From Phoronis australis (lineage: Eukaryota; Animalia; Phoronida), in contig NMRA01001226.1 in assembly GCA_002633005.1 (NCBI GenBank), positions 1 through 37,921 of the forward strand: a DNA stretch of 37,921 nt, given 5' to 3'. Shown here one piece after another: positions 33,736-37,921 of this stretch; the first letter of the stretch is position 1, and the number at the start of each line of letters is the position of its first letter. Made by a program: the position numbers and the translations under genes. Under the pieces are notes generated by a model that saw nothing but the letters and a program-made list of their open reading frames with translations, did not search any database and was not told the DNA's origin.

Positions 33736-35711
33736 TTAAATGTTCTTCCTCGGTGCCATCAGTTAATAAATCAAAGCATAATGGTATCTCTGTTCAAACG
33801 CCACAATAAATTGCATAGCAAACATGCTGTACGTCTTCCAACATGGATATTGAGCACCTTTCACGTATTACAAGTACTCAGTTCAGTCACTAGAGAGATG
33901 TAATAAATGTGCAGTTATCAAAGGGCTTACGCGACGTAATATGCACTCGTTGAGCAATCAGACAGCAACAGATAAGCTTGAGAAAACCATATCTAGTCTG
34001 AATGCTCGTCTCACTAGAGATGCTCCTCAAGTTGGAGCCACTTCGCCTACTCTCATCAAAGTGTTCATCGACTGCATATTAAAGCAGCTGCTGGATAACA
34101 TACTTGTAAAGGCCTGTGCCAATGACATTGTCTTATGTGTGTCAAATGTTGATGGTTGCACATATACTTGTACAGGCCTATCCCTATGATATTGTCTTCA
34201 GTCTGTCAAGTGTTGATGCTTGCATATGTACATGTAATTGGACAGACCTATGCCAATGTCTAGGAGCCCCCATGGAAAGCATTGTGAATTGATGGCGTTA
34301 CCCTCATCGTTAATATTACCTTAATAATAGATGCATAAGGCCCATGCCTATGACATTCTTCTGTGTGTCAAGTGTTGATGCTTACACGAGCCACAGTATT
34401 GTCTATTGTTATTCATTGGACCGAGGCAATTAACTTGAGGATCAATATCAGTAAAATAAAATGGTTATAGTATTTACATTTGCGGCTGAATGCAATTCCA
34501 CTCACTGGATCACAATTTGTCAAGTCTGTTCCTTACCTGGCGATTCGGTTCCCAGTGTGCTTTAATTAGGCCTTAGTATTTTTGCAGTTGTGGGTGACCT
34601 CTCATAAACTTTTACAAATGGTTTTGTAATAGAGAGATAACGATACTTTTTCCATATCCTGACAGGCTTGATGCATTCTCCTCCATCTAATTGCCACACC
34701 ATTAAAAACACAGTTACAGTCTTGGGCACATATCAACGCTTCGCTCCTGCATTTCAACATATAATTCGGATACATTAGATCAAAATATAATTCAGAAATA
34801 GAACATTTTCTTCGAGCAATATTAACATCGTATAAATGAGTTATCATCGACACAATGGAAAACAGTGAAAACAATATATACACGCGTAGCTACGCAAATT
34901 ATGCAGACATTTTTATATAATCCACTTATATCGGTAACAGAAATGTACTCAATCCATCGCGGCCAGTCATAATGTACTCAAATCATGACTGCCAGTTATA
35001 ATGCACTCAATTCATGACTGCCAGTTATAATGTACTTTTGTAAAATGATAAGCTGCTATGGAGACATTTGGCAACTTCTTTGTGAGTGCATTAATGACGT
35101 CATTCAGCAAGTCATTAGAACCAAAAATTTTAGACTTATGGTTATGAATCTGCTTTTGATTGTTGCCTATGAGGCCCTTGATAGCGACCAAACACCCACA
35201 AGGTGAGGAACAACCGAACTTTTAAATACCAATGATTGTACAAAATACGACTAACAGGTCGATTTGGGCACATCCACTCTTGAAGAGGAGATGCAAATTT
35301 GGAAAACTGCGTCTGAATTTTTCAAACTATTATCAATCATGCTTAATTTGAGGGTTCTGTACTGGGTGTACATGTATGTTAAAGAATAGCGGATAGAGGA
35401 TGCCGTTAGGGGGAGCAACTGCATGATTTAGAGTACAACTCCTGTTGAAGCTGTACAATCGGCATGACAAAAACTTTTCATTATGTTTGACCGTGCCCCT
35501 GGAGGAGGGGGGGGCCTGTTCTGGGACTCTAAATCCGCCTTTGTAATTGTCCCGATTTACTGTCACATTGTCATCTTGACGTGTCATATCATTTGTTTAT
35601 GTCTTTTCTTTGTACTATCAAAACTTCTTTTTAATATTAAATAGTTTTATTTGAGTTGATAAAATTGTATACGAGTATAAAAACTATTTATTAACTTTCA
35701 CAACTACATCT
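33736..35711. repeat. ~2 kb direct repeat, copy A'
   Basis: Paralog of 28315-30305. Starts at the TTAA abutting the Sola3 right terminus. Confidence 0.95.
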
Positions 35712-36338
35712 CATCTTAACATATTTTTTTTAATTTGTGTAGTTGTAAGTAAGAATTGTTATTATCTGTAGGTATTTAGCCCAGATACAATGCCTCTTGG
35801 AGATTTCTGTTGAAAAATATTTTTATTGTACTGAATGATTCATAATAAACATTAAAAAATTAACATTTTTCTTCAGTTTCAGGAAATCACTTTCTTTCAA
35901 AATGAACAAAAAAGCCGGTAGCCCCTTTGCCTCGTTTTGGCCAATGTCCTGAGACGGCAAGCAATAAATTCTGCAGCTTTCAAACCAACAGGACACTGAA
36001 TTGGTACATTGTACTGACAATGTACCCGTGAATATGAGGAGACAATGATTTACTCAGTCTGACTTATATTGAGCCACATTTTGACATTCGTTGGATGCGC
36101 AATGTAAAATGCCGGTACATATGGTGACACACAAAAATGTGAGGGTTTTACCGTTGCCTGCCACGCCGCAGGTTGTAGATCAATGTTCACTTCATTTTCA
36201 CGAGCATGTCAGTGTGCAATAGAGCCGGGATGGTCACTGGTGAAGTACTGCTTATTGAAATCTCCATTCTGCAACCCTAGCACATAGATCGACTGGTGGT
36301 AAGACGTTGAAGTTCATGTGAACTTATTGTTACACTAA

Positions 36339-37780
36339 ATAAGTAAGTATAAGTATTTTTTTTAGAGTCACATGTGTTCAAGTAGATTTAAACAATTCAT
36401 ACGTAACAAAACAAGAACACCTAGTCCTATACGGGGCTTATTAGTCACTTTAGACACATGAAAAAACAAAAGAGAAACAAACAAGTGTGCACACATTGCA
36501 AGGGGACCAAAAAGAGAACACAATGATAAAAGTGATCATATAAAAAATCCTGATTTCAAAAATATTTTTGATAAAAACTCAAGTTTACTGATACCACATT
36601 TTGCATAACTGTTATTAATTTACCTTCACAGCTTTCTGCGCAAAACCAAGGATATTGAATCTCAATTTGAGTTCAAAAGGTGTTTCAGGCATATAAGAAA
36701 AACGGACACTCAAACAGAAAGAGTACTTCAGTTTCAACTTAACCAGTTTGACAAAGACAACTAATTCTACCATGAAAATCCAGAGAACAAAAACGCCCAA
36801 CCTTAACCAATAGCTGGGGGGATCCTGTTCTATTTTGAGCAAGAATTGACCTACTAGGTCCTGTTGAGTCTAAATGAACGTAAAACAGTATTCAACAAAA
36901 CATAAGTTCTTGACTTTGGTTTCAAACGGCAATCAAACAGCCACCTATTACAAGCCAAATAATGCAAAATATTCTCATAGCGAGAGAGATTAACTGAATG
37001 TACGAGAAAGTTACGAAAAAAAATCCGAAATTGCCAATTCCTCAAAACTTCAGATTACCGATTATTACTTCAGGCAGTGTAGTCCCACCAAAACATTCGA
37101 TATGTTAGTTTTTCTTACTCGGAATTAATAACACAATTCCACCTTCTCAGAAGCCCAATTTTCCGCCGAACACTGGGGAATTCCCACCCATAACATTTAA
37201 GAGCATGATTAGAAGCAAATATGTTAACGCCCAAGCAAAATATCGCGGCTCTATTCTGCATGATATTATAAGGCTGTAAACTAGAGCCACCCCAGAGACC
37301 TACACAATAATCACTACCAGACACAACACATGCATTGAATAATGTAATGAATGTTGTGTACCTCATATTTTTATTCTTTTTAAAAGTTTTAATTAAAACG
37401 CCGGAAGCTCTTGTGGCAGATTCTGAGTTTTAGCAGTTTGAGAAAACGTCAAATGTTCATTTAAAATTATTCCTAAATATTTGTAAATGGGCACATAGTC
37501 TAGATCTAATCGGCCAAAGCGAAAAGGATATAGACTAAGAGAGATACATGTATGCTTGGATCTGAAGTGTAATTTTCTCCTGACTGACAATTAGCCTCCA
37601 TTTAGTGTACCATTCGGCAACTATATTCCATAAAGCCTGTAAATTTCCTTCGCTTTCGGCAATTACTAATATTCATCGGTATAAAACAAAGATGAATCAT
37701 TATCCGAAACTAAATTTAACTGTTTAAATTTCGCTGCCAAATCTTTTATGAACAGTGCAAAAAGAGTAGGTGATAAAACA
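36339..37780 (-). mobile_element. Decayed 5'-truncated LINE (RT C-terminal half, RTE-X-like)
   Basis: Motifs PTLFALFIKDL, FYTDE (for YADD), NLQAL, YKYLGIILNEHL, DYCVGLWG, QNRAAIFCLGV and C..C...ETE..FLFECP. A-rich/(TACT)n 3' tail at ~36339-36363. Many stops and frameshifts. Confidence 0.85.
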
Positions 37781-37921
37781 ATGCAGACAACTGTACACGA
37801 ATAGGAGTCTTGGCGATATACATGTTCACTTTGTAAGAACATGTATCGTGTGTTAAGCTGGATTTATATTCTGAATGTTACATGTAGGAACGGACATCTG
37901 CTGCAGTTGGAATAGGTCGTC

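Noticed and set aside
28315-35711. LTR retrotransposon (2-kb direct repeats with TG...CA near their ends)
   Set aside because: Identity extends beyond the TG and CA, there is no TSD, and no gag/pol, PBS or PPT was seen. The interior is a DNA-transposon fragment.
37176-37186. Perfect kappaB-like site GGGGAATTCCC
   Set aside because: It lies within LINE coding remnant far from any identified promoter.

Overview
This is AT-rich, repeat-dense eukaryotic DNA from a metazoan, probably a marine invertebrate such as a mollusc (taxon is inference only). Most ORFs in the supplied track are spurious. The one supportable host gene is a spliced minus-strand ankyrin-repeat gene that the ORF track misses. 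It starts at ATG 19995 and uses phase-0 exons 19930-19995, 14376-14465, 1461-1556, 806-904 and 349-447, then runs off the left edge. Its 3' part is a tandem array of ~460-475 bp intron+exon cassettes, each carrying exactly one 99-nt/33-aa ANK repeat. The two complete cassette exons differ almost only at non-synonymous sites, several at the binding-surface positions, while the intron sequence next to them is identical. This is the best candidate for a diversifying, DARPin-like binder system. The rest of the window holds an internally deleted, TSD-flanked RTE-X-like LINE, a second decayed LINE, MITEs, minisatellites and old local duplications. It also holds a one-ended Sola3 DNA transposon between two ~2 kb direct repeats, both of which start at the TTAA target site.
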